Made by a program: the position numbers and the translations under genes
Notes under the pieces: model-generated
Told to the model about the DNA's origin: nothing
Database searches by the model: none
The model's input: the letters and a program-made list of their open reading frames with translations, nothing else
Shown here: positions 38,030 to 51,147 of the stretch, piece after piece
Layout: the number at the start of each line of letters is the position of its first letter
How positions within the stretch are numbered: position 1 is the stretch's first letter
From: Vicugna vicugna
Lineage: Eukaryota
Assembly: GCA_013265495.1 (NCBI GenBank)
Contig: MU058844.1
Location: forward strand, 12,112,184 to 12,176,183
DNA length: 64,000 nt
Reading direction: 5' to 3'

Positions 38030-40097
38030 TATCCCTTCTTTTGTCTTATTACAGTCTTTGTTTTAAAGTCTATGTTATCTAAGTATTGCTACTGAAGCTT
38101 CCTTTTCATTTGCATTTGCATTTGCATGTAATACCCGTTTCCATGCCCTCACTTTTGGTCTATACGTGTCTTTAGATCTGAAATGAGTCTCTTGCAGGGG
38201 ACATATATACAGATGGGTCTGGGTTTTGTATCCATTCAGAGACCCTGTGTTTTCTGATTGTAGGATTTAGTCCATTTATATTTAAAGTAATAACTCATAG
38301 ATATGTACTTAATGTCATTTTGTTAGTTGTTTTCTGGTTGTTTTGTTGTTGTTCTGTTTCTTTCTTTCTTTTTTTATTTTATTGTGAGTTGATGACTTAT
38401 TTTAGTGTTGTTTGTATTCTCTTCTGTATTTTTTGTGTATCCATTACTGGTTTTTGGTTTGTGATTACCATGAGGTTCTTATGTAACAACTTGTATATAA
38501 GCAGTCTATTTTAAGTTGGTCACTTAAGCTAGAGAGCATTCTAAGAGCACTACATTTTGACTCTTTACCCAAAGTTGTGTTTATTTTGTGTATCCCTTAA
38601 CTAATTACAGAAGATATAAATGATTTTACTACCTTTGTCTTTTTTTTAACCATCATACTCGTATTTGTGGTTGACCCACTATCTATACTATATGTTTGTC
38701 ATACCAGTGAGTTTTCTTTTTTCATAATTTTCTTGTTTCTGGTTATGGCATTTTCTGCTGTTGATTCTCTCTGTAGTATTTTTCATTTATGTTATTGTAT
38801 TCTTCATTTCCAATTGGTTCTTTTTTATATTTTCTGTCTCTTTGTTGAAGTTCTCATTGAGTTCATCCATTCCCCTCTTGAGTTTTATGAGATCTCCATG
38901 ACTATTTCTTTGAATTATTTATATGGTAAATTGCTTATTTCCACTTCATTTAGTTCCTTTTCTGAGGTTTTGTTTTGTTCTTTCATTTGGAAGGTATTCC
39001 TTTGTCTCTTCATTTTGCCTTACTCTCTGTGTTTCTGTATGTTAGGCACATCAGCTACATCTCCCAATCTTGAAAGAATGGCCTTATGTAAAAGGTGTCC
39101 TGCGGGGCACAGTGGTACAACCCCTGGGTCACCAGAACCCACATGGGCTGTGTGTACCCTCCTTTTGTGGTTGGGCCAGGATTGCTGCAGGTATAGTGGT
39201 GGGTGGAGTTGGCCCCCAGACTTGCCGGCTAAGAGGTCTGCCTATGACTATCATATGCATGCTGATATGTGGGGACGGACCCCCAGAGCAGGAGCCACTT
39301 TGGAGGATGCTGATGCTGGCCAAGGCTGCCCCCTACATCAGGTATGGTAGGAGCTACTATGGAAGGACCAGCCAGGGCAGGGGGGCTGAGTGGGGCTGGT
39401 CCTCAGCGGAATTCCAGGGCAGGGTACACAGTGTTAGCCAGGGTGATGAAGAGTGAGAGAAATGGTACCTGGTAGCTAAGTGGGAGGAAGAGTTAAACAA
39501 TAGTGCCCACCAGCACTTCTACCCCCTCAACCCTGAGAAAGTTCCACCAGATCCCTGCCACTCCAGCACATGCCCTACCATTAGTCAATGACTCTCCTTC
39601 TCGTATGATGCAGGTGCTTTTCAAGCTGCTGCCTCTGCAGTGGGACTCAACACAAGTGAGTTTACACACCAGCCCTTCGAGAACAGAGTTTCAGATTCCC
39701 ACAGCCCTGACTCTCCAGCTGTAAACCCTGCTGATTTTGAAAGCCCAGTGCTATGGCGGGCGGGGGACTCTTCCCAGTGCAGGCTCCCCAGGGCTGGGGA
39801 GCCCAACGTGGGGCTCAGACTCCTCCCTCCTCTGGGGGGACCTCTGTGGTTGTGATCTCCCTCCCACGGGGGGGTCACCACACTGGGGTTGACTAGATTA
39901 TGTCTCTGCCCCTCATGCCCATCTCAATATGGCCTTTTCTTTATATTCTTAGTTGGAGAAAATCTGCCATTCTAGTCTTCAGGTTGTTCTCAGAGATGGT
40001 CATTCTCAGGGAAAGCTGCTGTATATGCCGTTGTAGTTTGGGTGTGTCTCTGGGAAGAGGTGAGTTCAAAATCTTCCTACTCTGCCTCTTGATCTAG
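38030..40097 (-). mobile_element. L1 5' portion (5'UTR, partial ORF1, start of ORF2 endonuclease)
   Basis: Reverse L1 5' terminus tcttcctactctgcctcttgatc near 40072-40094; GC-rich 5'UTR 39070-40090; endonuclease-region motif ttttaaagtctatgttatct...gtattgctact near 38060. Confidence 0.8.
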
Positions 40098-41514
40098 ACC
40101 CCTTCATTTAATAAATCTTACAAGACACGTAGAGGATCATGTAGATATTTATCTGTTACATATAGCCCTGGATCATCTTAGCATAGTTTAAAACCATACC
40201 AGCTAACATACTATAAGCATATTGAGCTCTCCTATGATTCCAGATCTTAGAACCCAAAATCGAAGTCAACAGGAAAAATCCATTATATATACTCCTTTGG
40301 CTAATTGCTTTTCTAAGGAAGGGTCTATAAACATAAACAAAGCAAGATGGATATTTTATAATTGCAGACTTCACTCAAGTTCAAGGTTCAAATGCCTAAT
40401 TTTTATAGAAATAACCATAAATACTGTATTTAACCATTTTCAGTACTATATAGCATAAACGTTTCCAAAGTTCACAGAAGTCAAGGAATCCAGTAACCAA
40501 TCTCATTATATATCATTTAATATGATCTGAGTGCTTTATAACCTCAGTTCTATTATTTTCTCATCAAGCCTAGTGCCACAAAATTCAAAAAGGACTTCTC
40601 AGTAACTTTTTCATAAATATCATCAAAGTGATACCAGGCCTCTGGAGAATTTTTAAGACTTTTCCCAGGCATGTTTTACTTTCTTGTACTTATAAATTCC
40701 CTTATAGGAAACCTACACTTTCCAACTCAAATTAGTCTTTTTCAAACACATTCAAAGTAGGAATAGCCTTCTCAAAACTGGCTATACAAATACAAACTCC
40801 CTTCTTAAGTTTGCCAAGTAGTACGTGCCTGTAAATTTCTAACTAGCTACTTTTGCTTTTCATCTAACCTATTAACAAATGTATTGAACTATAAAATTGG
40901 AAATTAAAAACTGACAGCAAACAAAACAAAATTTAAACCTAATCATCAAATGCGGGTGTGTGTATTAAAATGTATTAGTATATATGCAGAATACGATGAG
41001 AATGCCATGGCCAAAGTATCAAGAAAATAGTTCAACCAGCAATATATATTGACATTCAAATGAGATTTAGTAACAACAGCCATGTATGCAGTAAGAAAGG
41101 AGTGTTTCAGGAAGCAGCCTCATTCTAATAGCTAAGCTGACGTTTAACCCTGCATTACCTCATGCTACGGTCTGGTATTTACAATATATTTCTTCTGAAT
41201 TGATGCAGCAAACCACCAAAATGGGTTACCCACCACATTCCGAGCTTTCCTAAGTCATTTTCCAACGGCATTTGTGGTTTTCTTGAGTAAGGCTCCAACC
41301 TAAAAGGTTTAAAATATCTTCCTAAGTAATGGTCGCATTCTTTTCCCTTAAAGGCTGGGTGAATGCAACCAGCTAAAAATAGGTTTACATTCTCCTACAA
41401 ATGAGCACTGGTCCCCAAGTCTGGCCAGACTCAAAAGAGCCACAGAAAACCGAGAATATTAATAAAAGATGCTCAATACAAAACAAAATTTCTGCAGACT
41501 GACCTTTTTCCAGG

Positions 41515-41535
41515 ATTGCATCAGTTTGAAGCAAT
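41515..41535. promoter_or_regulatory. Candidate C/EBP-ATF (CARE/AARE) element pair
   Basis: ATTGCATCA at 41515-41523 and inverted near-copy TGAAGCAAT at 41527-41535. Confidence 0.3.
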
Positions 41536-42719
41536 CTATAAGGTTTGATATTTTCTTGGCCCTCAAGGTAGTTTACAGATGTAGCAAATGTGCACTTTTG
41601 CTTAAAGCAAGTGGTGGCCTAACCCAGATAAATGAAAACCTACAGGTTTTCGATTGGGAGATGTCTGCATCACGTTAATCATATTCTTCCCAGGTAGTCA
41701 GCCCAAACAGGAGTTGCTTAGGTACAGCAATGCACTCATGAATCCTAGTAGCAAGCACGCTATCCAATGATAAGCCGGCATTTATCTTTCATTTCTGGAT
41801 ACCCCGTTAAAGCAACTGACACCTTGTGTTGTTAGTGTATCATTTTTCTCACATAAGAATGCCTTACAGAGGAATACACGTAAAGCAAAAAAGAGAGGGA
41901 CCAGCTTTTTAAGGCATAAAGCTCAATTTCAGAATGAAAACGAGTGTGATGGAAGTGAACAGTAAAAAGCTGGGAAAGCAGTCGGAAGATGATTATTACA
42001 AACAGAGCAGAAGCTAGCCTCTCAGTTTCATCACGTGTAGCTTATAGATCGGAAATCGCATGTAGCTGAAGGTTAAAAATGGGGACTAGGGCTGTGATGA
42101 CTCGCTCTTGGTGAAGCTATTCGGAGTCGAGTCGGGTAAATTCAAGATTCTCATGACCCCTGGCAGCGTTCACATCTCATCACCACGAGGAACGTCCCGT
42201 TGATGGTCTGGAGAGCATCCATCACATCAGCACAGTCTGCCCTTGCTGTAAACTATCTCTGATTTATAGGCATCGGCAGACGGATGGTGCCCTTTCAGCT
42301 CTGCTGGGCGCAACAGGAACCTCCGGAGTCATGTCGGTGAAAGAAACTCGCATTGGCTGTTCAGCTCCATCTTTCTGTGAGCTGAATTCTCATTATCTCA
42401 CATACCTAGCAGGGATGTGCCTGTAAGGCTTAAGTACCTTTCAAGACCTCCCTCTTCCCTGCAAGGAGCTCCTAAAAACCTTATCACAAAGTGATTTTGT
42501 AATTTCCTGTGTGCATAACGTAGCAGTTTAGAGTTTTATTTCTGTCAAAGAACTTGGAAAATCACATCTATTTTATAGATTACCGTCTCCAACCTACTTT
42601 CCACTGGGTATAGTGGCTCCCTCCTTAAAACAAAACCAAAATATTCAACAGTTCCCTAATGCATATGAGGTTAGGTTCTAACCCCTGGAATCAACATTTT
42701 CAGCCCTCCACAGTCTAGC

Positions 42720-42953
42720 TCAAGTTTTCACAACCTTAGAACTACTGACACGGGGGGCCAGAAAATTATTCATTATGTGAGACTGTCCAGTTCTAAAGCG
42801 CTCGATTTTACCCTTGGTACCATAATCAGTATATTTGGGGGCATCGTAACCCCTACCAACGAGATGCCAGCAGTACCCTCCTAACCCTCCTGTTGTGACA
42901 ACCAGAAACATCTCTAGACACTGCCAAATGTCACCCCCTATTGAAAATCAATG
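42720..42953. mobile_element. MER20 hAT-Charlie element
   Basis: caaccttagaactactgacac...gatgccagcagtaccc...gttgtgacaaccagaaacatctctagacactgccaaatgtc. Confidence 0.85.
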
Positions 42954-43545
42954 AGCTAACACAAACCACCTAGCCAGGAAGTTTTATCCACAGGTCTCCA
43001 CACATAGCCCCTTATCTAGCAAAACTAGAATGTGGTAGAGAATATTGTTAGACCTTCTCATTTTCATATTTTTCCAGAATATTCTATCTGTATCTTCAAG
43101 ATTCAGCTTATATTCCAATTTCTAAACATTTTTTTCCTGGACATGTCAGTTTGAATCCTACAGTTCATTTTCCAAAGCTCCTGATGTTACCCCTGGTAGC
43201 ATGCTTAGTAATTATAGGATAGTAGGAGCATTTATTGTTTAAGTGTGTAACCTCCACCTGTTGATTATTTTAAAGCAATATTCATTTGTGTGTTTTATTT
43301 TTGATAGTTCATTATAAAAAATAGTCTCATTACATAAAGCCAGAGCTCACATGGGAAAAAGCAACAAGTTTTAAGCACCATCTTTGAAACAAATTAACAT
43401 GACATGGAATCAATCCAACTGCACTCTGCATTTTACATATAAGTTTGTTTCCAAATCCGTTATATTTTAATTTAAATGCTTATAAATTTAAATGTTTATA
43501 AAGCCTTTAAATGCTTATAAATCTGATTATTAATGCTATTGAAGG

Positions 43546-43597
43546 ATTTTTTAGTAAATACTATCCCCTACTATTTTTTAGTAAATACTATCCCCTA
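43546..43597. repeat. 25-bp direct duplication (period 27)
   Basis: attttttagtaaatactatccccta at 43546-43570 and 43573-43597. Confidence 0.9.
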
Positions 43598-46500
43598 ATT
43601 TTACTATGAGAAACCTAAAATTTCCATTGAGTTCATTTACTCAAAATAGACAATAACCAATACCGATTATTTTAAGTAAGCAAAGCGGATTTTTAAATCT
43701 TCACCATCTCTAATGTTGAAATGCATCCATCTAAAACGAAACATACTCTAAATATGATGCCTATCTTCCCTGCTTGCATTAAGTAATGAATACACATGGG
43801 TGACCCATTTAAAAAACAGACCATAGTTCACTGCAAATTGCACTCCAGTTATCATTTTGGCAAAGGCTGGGGAACCACCTGAGTTACTGATCAAATCTGT
43901 ACATCAGTATACAGAGATACTCTTGTGCTTTATAAGTTCTATCTAAGGATAAGAGCCTTTAAAAAAATCAATAGGTTTCCTAATTGATCCACTAGAAGTT
44001 TCATTTTGACAGTGAGGAGTAGTCAGAAAGAGTACCTGGTTGATTTAATTCAGCACTTGACAACAGTGGGCCGTGATTCAGATGTGGTTAGAAAGAAATC
44101 CATTGAGATTTAGAGTTGGATTTTAGAGACTATTTGATTTCTAAAGCAGCAAACTTGACAGCTAATTGATAACTTGGAATTGTAGATGAGTTACAAAGTT
44201 ACGCCAATTTCCCTGGAGTTCAAAAAAGAGCCCTTACAAATCCCAGTCCTCATAATGGATCTGAATAAATACATTTCAAAAATATCAGGATATGAGAACC
44301 AAGTCCTTTAAGTCAGTGTAGATCTAATGGGGGGAAGGTAATTTTCCTCGCCTATGAGATCAATTTTTAAAATATGCAACTAACGGTCTATGGGCTCTTA
44401 GAAGGTAATGTTTAATGGCTTTCTATAGTGCTTGGTTCAATGTTATCACATTTGCTAAAGCCAGAAGAATGCTTTTATAATACCTCAATATCAAAAATTA
44501 AGAAAGATCTAACAGCCTAAAAGAGCTTAGCGAGGGAGAGAGCAAGTCACAGTGTTCTTCTCACATCAAGTTATTTTAGATAAAAATATCCCAAACTCCC
44601 TTTTCAGCCAAAGGAACATACAACCTTTAAGTCTAAATTGGCTACATATTAGTGTATGATCTTTGACAAAGGGCCGTATCAACCCATTCGAGACCACCTA
44701 TATTCAATATAGGGTTCAGGAAACCTGGTGAAAATAAGGAATAATCTGTCTGTAATTCAACCTGTCTCCTCTAGATATAGATTATTATTTTTTCCAGGAG
44801 AAAACTCTTTAAGGAAAAAGATTTCTGTTGAAGAATGGAGTCCAACAATAATGGAAATAAACCCAATGCAAAGGCTAGAATTTGTCTAAATAAAATAAGC
44901 AGTGGCATTTCCAGACTGCTTGTGAAATTCCAAATATTTTCATAGTTCATGGAAGTGAAGGACTGTTACTTAGAAAAGCTACAAACAAACGCTAACACGA
45001 ATATGGCTGTTACCACGTATCCGGGTCTTTTCTAACTTATTTGTATCTATTATTTATATCTATTTCATTCTCTCAACCACAGGTAGGTACAATTACAACC
45101 TCCAAGGTCACATAGCTAATAAGTGGCAGAAACAGGACTAGCCCATGCTCTTAGCCTCCACGGACAAGCAACTACATAACCATAAGGGATGAAGAGTCCA
45201 ATCCTTTCTAACTACAAAAAGACAAGCAATCACAAACAAAAGGTTTACATCCAAACAACAGATGCAAATGGGAATCCCATATATCAGTTCTCCAGATTAA
45301 ATCTAAGGTAACAGTTACACCTTTTTCCCTATGGAACAGTTGGAAAGTATAATTGATGAATCAGGTATTTAGTGATTACCTAGTAAGTGCCCAGTACTAC
45401 TAGGTGTTGGGAATGAAAAATAAGTCAAAGGCAAGTTATGTGCCCCATGGGGCGTTAACAAGGTTTATTCCAAATACCTTAGGCAATGCAAGAAAAAACA
45501 AGGCCAGAAACAATTAAGGAATAAGCTCATAGGTAATGAAATGCAAATAATTGCAGTATAAGCAGTAACTACCTGAAAAAAACCTAGTTTCTGCTTTGGG
45601 AGAACATTGCAAAGTTGTCTACATTTACCTTGACCTCTCTGCAATTAACGTGCTCCCATACCAGGTACACTACAGTATCAAAAAAAATCTACTTGAACAA
45701 ACATTCACAGTTCATCACAGAGAATTATGACCACAGGAATAAAAAGGAAAAGAACATTCTAAATTTATTTCAAATGTGCATTAATGCAAGATTTGAACTA
45801 ATTTAATTGTGGTTATGTTCATGGCTTTCCTGGCTTTTCTCACCTCCTCCACCCAAAGGGTGCATGTGAGGAGTGCGAAGGACAGTAAGTGTAATTTTAA
45901 TGAGCTCCTTATTTCTATAAGGAGTCTGTCTACAAGGAGCTGGAGGAGGAAGAGAAAACAGTGCTCCTATTTTTTTTCTATTATGCAGACAGCCTAGATT
46001 TTGCTATAGAAGAATCAGAGAAAAATTAACTTCTGCCTGAAATGTTTTACTTCCCCCATTGAATGCACAAGCCAGAAAACTTCCACTTAATTTCTATTTC
46101 TATCTTATTTAACAGAACCCCATCTCTTGTCTTCTGAGACCAGAGAAAAACAGATTCATGGACTCCTCCCACGCAAAGGAAATGGCAAATTTAGAGTTCC
46201 TAGGCAGAGCAAGCTACAGTGCATCACTATGGCCCAAGATGTGATACAGTATGCTGGGAGTTTGCATAAATGTGTAATGACTATTGTCGGCCCTCAGGAG
46301 GTAGAGCTAATTGGATATCCTTCTCAGTGCCTTAACATCTAAAATCCAGAATTTTGTAAGAAAATGCAATCACCAACTCCAGCTGTACTGTGTGAAGAAA
46401 CAGACCTGTTGTAAACTTCAGGCAATGATTACCATTAAAAAGTGAGCACCTGCAATATTTTATCGTTAACTCTTTTTAGACCTACTCACGTTCATGTCTG

Positions 46501-47009
46501 ACACCAACTCTTTATGCGAGCATGGAATAGTTAACCTAACAGTGCTCCAGAATGTGTGCTGTATGAACACTTTTACAGTCATTCTTCATTTATTTATCTA
46601 AACAACTAGAAAATACTTCGCCATTGAATGTTACTGCTGAAAAGCTAATTATGGAAGGAAAAAGAAGGCTTGATCCATTTCTGTAGTTAGTATTCAGAGT
46701 ACTTGCACAGGTGAGCTCTCCTTGAATGTGATGGATGGGAACGCTTTCACAGTCAAAAACCTCGACCTCTGTGTGAAGATGCTCCAACTTCATCATGAAT
46801 AATTGGGGCTGGCTATACGCAAGCTCCTTCTCAAGGACGGCAGAGATTGTTTCCCTTAAGAGTTTCCAGGAAGATGAGTTCGAAAATAAATTACTATCCA
46901 TTCCATGGATACTTGCGGTGGTGTTTACATTATTTTCTGGTATTGAAGAATCAAGGATGGGCTCAATGAGAAAGATGTGAATGATAAAGTCTAGCACACA
47001 CACCCTTTT

Positions 47010-47190
47010 AACACGTGAGTGCCTGGCACTGTTCTAAGCAGGTTCCACACATTAACTCAGGTTCACTTCACCACAACTGTATGAGATGCTATTATTATCC
47101 TTACTGTATAAAGAAACTGAGGCACATAAAACTAGCAGCAAAGAAGTGGCCCAGACAAGATTCAATCCCAGGCCATGTGGGTCCAAACTC
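47010..47190 (-). mobile_element. MIR SINE
   Basis: gtgcctggcactgttctaagc...aagaaactgaggcaca...agattcaatcccagg. Confidence 0.75.
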
Positions 47191-47217
47191 TGTGAACTCC
47201 CCCCACATGCCTCTTAA

Positions 47218-47275
47218 CTGCACCCTAAACACTGGCCCAATACCACCTGCACCCTAAATGCCGGCCCGATACCAC
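47218..47275. repeat. 29-bp imperfect tandem duplication
   Basis: ctgcaccctaaacactggcccaataccac / ctgcaccctaaatgccggcccgataccac. Confidence 0.85.
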
Positions 47276-48479
47276 CTAATGTCTGTCAGTTGAAAAATCA
47301 CATGAGAACATACTTCAGGACATTTTCAATTTCTTTACAACTACAGTTATTCAGCATTGACTTCTCAACATCTTTACCAAAAATATATCTTCCATAGGCT
47401 ACTCAGTAACATTTCTACAGTAAAGCCGAAGTTTAAACAGGTACCAAAGAAAGTATTTTTATAATTTTACAGCATAATCAAAGGAATGAATTTTTCAGCA
47501 ATTCCTTATGTATTGGACTTGCAGCAGTGAAACACACAGGCCATATTAACATCTGTATAGTCTTACCTCCTCCCAATGTGTGATAACATATTCAGTGGAC
47601 CACTGTATCAAATGCTTGGTGATGAAAACAATAAATTCTGTTGAAGATTCAATTTTTACATAAAAATCAAAGCACATGTCAAGAACAATGCAATGGTAAA
47701 CATCTCATTTGTGTTTATGAATTTTAATGCTGTATTTGCATTCTACTCAGCTACTGTGATGACAAACAAGGTCCACCAGGAACACTTCCTCAATGGAATT
47801 TAAGAATTAAGTATCCAACTTCAACTGTTAGAATTCTAGCACCCTTTTATTGTTGTTTTTTTTTTTTTTTACTAGAACCCATGACCCAGCAATGTTGAAT
47901 GGATTAACTGGTCATGATAACAACTGGCTCATCCCATTATATGCAAAAAAGTTACCATGAACACAACTTTCTAACCACAAGGACCAAATACCACACACAG
48001 TATTTAAAGCTACGTTGTCTCAAAGAAGACAATGAAAAATAAGACAAGAAATGCTGTATTTTGAATAGAATATGAACAGCAACAGAGACTTCAGGAAACT
48101 AATTTGGAAACTCATTAGATCAGTGACCACTCAGTGCAAGAAAAGTAACTTAGGTGGCTGGTGAGTGCATACCTTGACCAAATGTATCCAAGCTTGAGTT
48201 TTGGTTTTTTTTTTAAACCACGTTTGATGTAAACTTAACACCTCTGTAGACTGAGTGTAGCCCACACGTGGGTCAGTTCCTAACTCCTGCTTTAAATCCT
48301 TGTCTCATCTCATAGTTTCCCACCAGGGACCTCACATTTGTTACTTTCCCCCTCAGACCTTAAGAACTTGTTCCAGTTTCAGCCTAAACTAAAGGACATT
48401 TTAAATAGTTTACACAATCGTTAACAATGATAATTATGTTATCATTGAGTTTTAAAAGATTAAACATAATTTACACACT

Positions 48480-48720
48480 CCATTAGAGAGCGGTTAAATG
48501 CAGGCTCTGGGACCAGAACGATCTTGATACGAAGCTCGTTTCAGACACAATCACATATCAGTGAGATGTATGACCTTGGATAAGTTTCTTAACTTCTATG
48601 CATCTCAGTTTCTTTATCTGTGAAAAGGGGAAAGGGGGGTTAATAGCAGCACCTGCCTCATAGGACCATTGGGAGGATCAAATTACTACCTGACAAACCC
48701 AGCACCTAGTGAGTCTTCCA
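48480..48720 (+). mobile_element. MIR SINE
   Basis: tgtatgaccttggataagtttcttaacttctatgcatctcagtttctttatctgtgaaa. Confidence 0.75.
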
Positions 48721-49808
48721 CAAAGACGAACTACCACAACTACTATTTGAACACAAGTGATTCCTAAGGACCGATCACAGATAAAAATCAATATATTGAT
48801 GTCTTCTTTTAAAGAAAAAAAGTTCCCAAACAAGAAATTGGATTAAAATATTGTCTATTAGTTTAATATGAAACAAAGTGCTTCAGTGGAACTGTGTATT
48901 AACGATGGGCAATCCCTTGAAAGGGGGATTCGTTTTCATTTATGATGAACAGGCTAATCAGTGTTTTGATACAATCTTGACAGATGTGTCTTACGTTGAC
49001 ATTGAGCTTCAATCCTCTATTTGCAGTTTTCACTGTTTCTTATTATTGCATTATGGCAACATACACTTACAAAGTGTTACTTCACATCTTTATCACATTT
49101 ATTTCTGCCTCCCCTGTAACAGCCTTGAGTGTCATCTCCTGTGATGTAACATAGGCAGCTTCTCCTCTTTCATTTCACTGCTGTACCTATATAACCAGGC
49201 TTAGATCACTGCTATTTCCCTTCTCAAAACCAGTATGATCTAACAGATGGGATATCTGTGGGTCTGACTGACAGCTAATATCTAGTTTGCTGAGCAATCA
49301 GTAAGCACCAGGCCTGGCAGTAAACACTTCCCATGCACAAAGTTTTACAAAAGTTCTGTAAGGTAGACGTGATCATTACCTAAATTATACGAACAGAGAA
49401 ACTGCAACAAAGAGGGACATAACCTGACAAAGGCCACAGAGCTAGAAAGTGGCAAGGCTCACATTCAGATACAGGCAACTTGTTTCAGAGCCTGAGCTCT
49501 CCCTAGGATATGCAGTACTTCCTACTTGCCCTGTGTGAATCTGGTTGGGAGTAATATCTAAGCTCTATGTCTGAAATTTCTGATCTTGTACCAATACTCC
49601 AATACCTAACTCACAGTCTGTGACAAAGTCTAAATAATATAAGTGAACTGTGCGGTATAATGGTTAATACAGGGTTGCCATTAAATAATACTTAAAATCT
49701 TTTCTCTTCCTCTATTCTCTAATGATGGGGCTAAGTTATACGTGAAGTTCACCCTGCAGAATACTTCCTAGATACTGTGCATAAACCATCAAACAAAAAT
49801 GCCATTTT

Positions 49809-50553
49809 ATGCTGGAGATGGTGTGGGAAAAAGGGAACCCTCCTACACTGTTGGCTGGGATGTAAACTGGTACAGCCACTGTGGAAAACAGTATGGAGGT
49901 TCCTTAAAAAACTAGAAAGAGTTACCATATGATCCAGTAATTCAAACACCTGGGCATACAGCTGGAAAAGACAGAAACTAATTTGAAAAGATAAGTGCAC
50001 CCCAATGTTCACAGCAGCACTATTTACCGTAGCCAAGACATGGAAACAACCTAAATGTCTGTCAACAGATGACTATGTGGTACAGATATACAATGGACTA
50101 TTACTCAGTCATAAAAAAGAATAAAATATTGCCATTCACAGCAACATGGATAGTCCTAGAGATTATCCTACTGAGTAAGTCAGAAAAAAACAAATATATA
50201 TCACTTACATGTGGAATCCAAAAAGTAATACAAACAATTCTATACACAAAACAGAAACAGACTCACAGACATAGAAAACAAACTTATGGTTACCAAAAGG
50301 GAAAAGGAGTGGGAAGGCATAAATTAGGAGTATGGGATTAACAGATACAAACTGCTATATAGAAAATAGATAAACAAAGATTTACTGTATAGCACAGAGA
50401 ACTCTATTCAGTATCTCATAATAACCTATAAAAATAATCCAAATATATATACTCTCAATTATTTTTATTATATATATTATACATATAACTGAATCATTTT
50501 GCTGTCTACCTGAGCATAACACATTATCGTAAATCAACTATCCTACAATTTTT
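49809..50553 (+). mobile_element. 5'-truncated L1 with 14-bp TSD
   Basis: L1 ORF2-end/3'UTR motifs; aaaaatgccatttt at 49795-49808 and 50554-50567. Confidence 0.9.
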
Positions 50554-50579
50554 AAAAATGCCATTTTGAAAAATGTGCT

Positions 50580-51132
50580 TACTGCATTGTTTATAATTGC
50601 CAAGGTATGGATGCAACCTAAGTGTCCATCAACAAATTAACAAATAAAGAAAACATGGTACACACACACACACACACACACAATGGAATACTACTCAGCC
50701 ATAGAAAAAGAATGAAATTTTGCCACTTGCAGCAATATGGATGGACTTGGAAGGCATTACACTAAGTGAAATAAGTTAGACAGAGAGACAAATACTATAG
50801 GACACCACTTATATGTGGAATCTACAAAATACAACAAACTGGTGAATATAACCAAAAAAAGCAAACTCACAGATATAGAGAGCAAATGAGTGGTTATTAG
50901 TAAGGAAGAGGAAGGGGCTTTGTAGGGGTAGGGGAGTGAGAGGAACAAACCACTGAGTATAAGATAGGCCCCAAGGATGTACTGTGCAACACTGAGAAAA
51001 CAGACAATATTTTGTAATAACTATAAATGGATATAACCTTTAAAAATTATATAACATTTTAAATAAAATTTTTATGCAATTATTCAATTATACAATTATT
51101 CAATTTTTATACAATTATTCATTATTCAATGG
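50580..51132 (+). mobile_element. Second 5'-truncated L1 (different 3'UTR) with about 12-bp TSD
   Basis: caatggaatactactcagccatag...; flanked by gaaaaatgtgct (50568-50579) and gaaaagtgtgct (51133-51144). Confidence 0.8.
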
Positions 51133-51147
51133 GAAAAGTGTGCTACA

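Noticed and set aside
38667..39350. 227-aa plus-strand ORF (longest in the window)
   Set aside because: Antisense to a decayed L1 ORF1/5'UTR; F/L/S/I-rich composition is the typical antisense-L1 artefact
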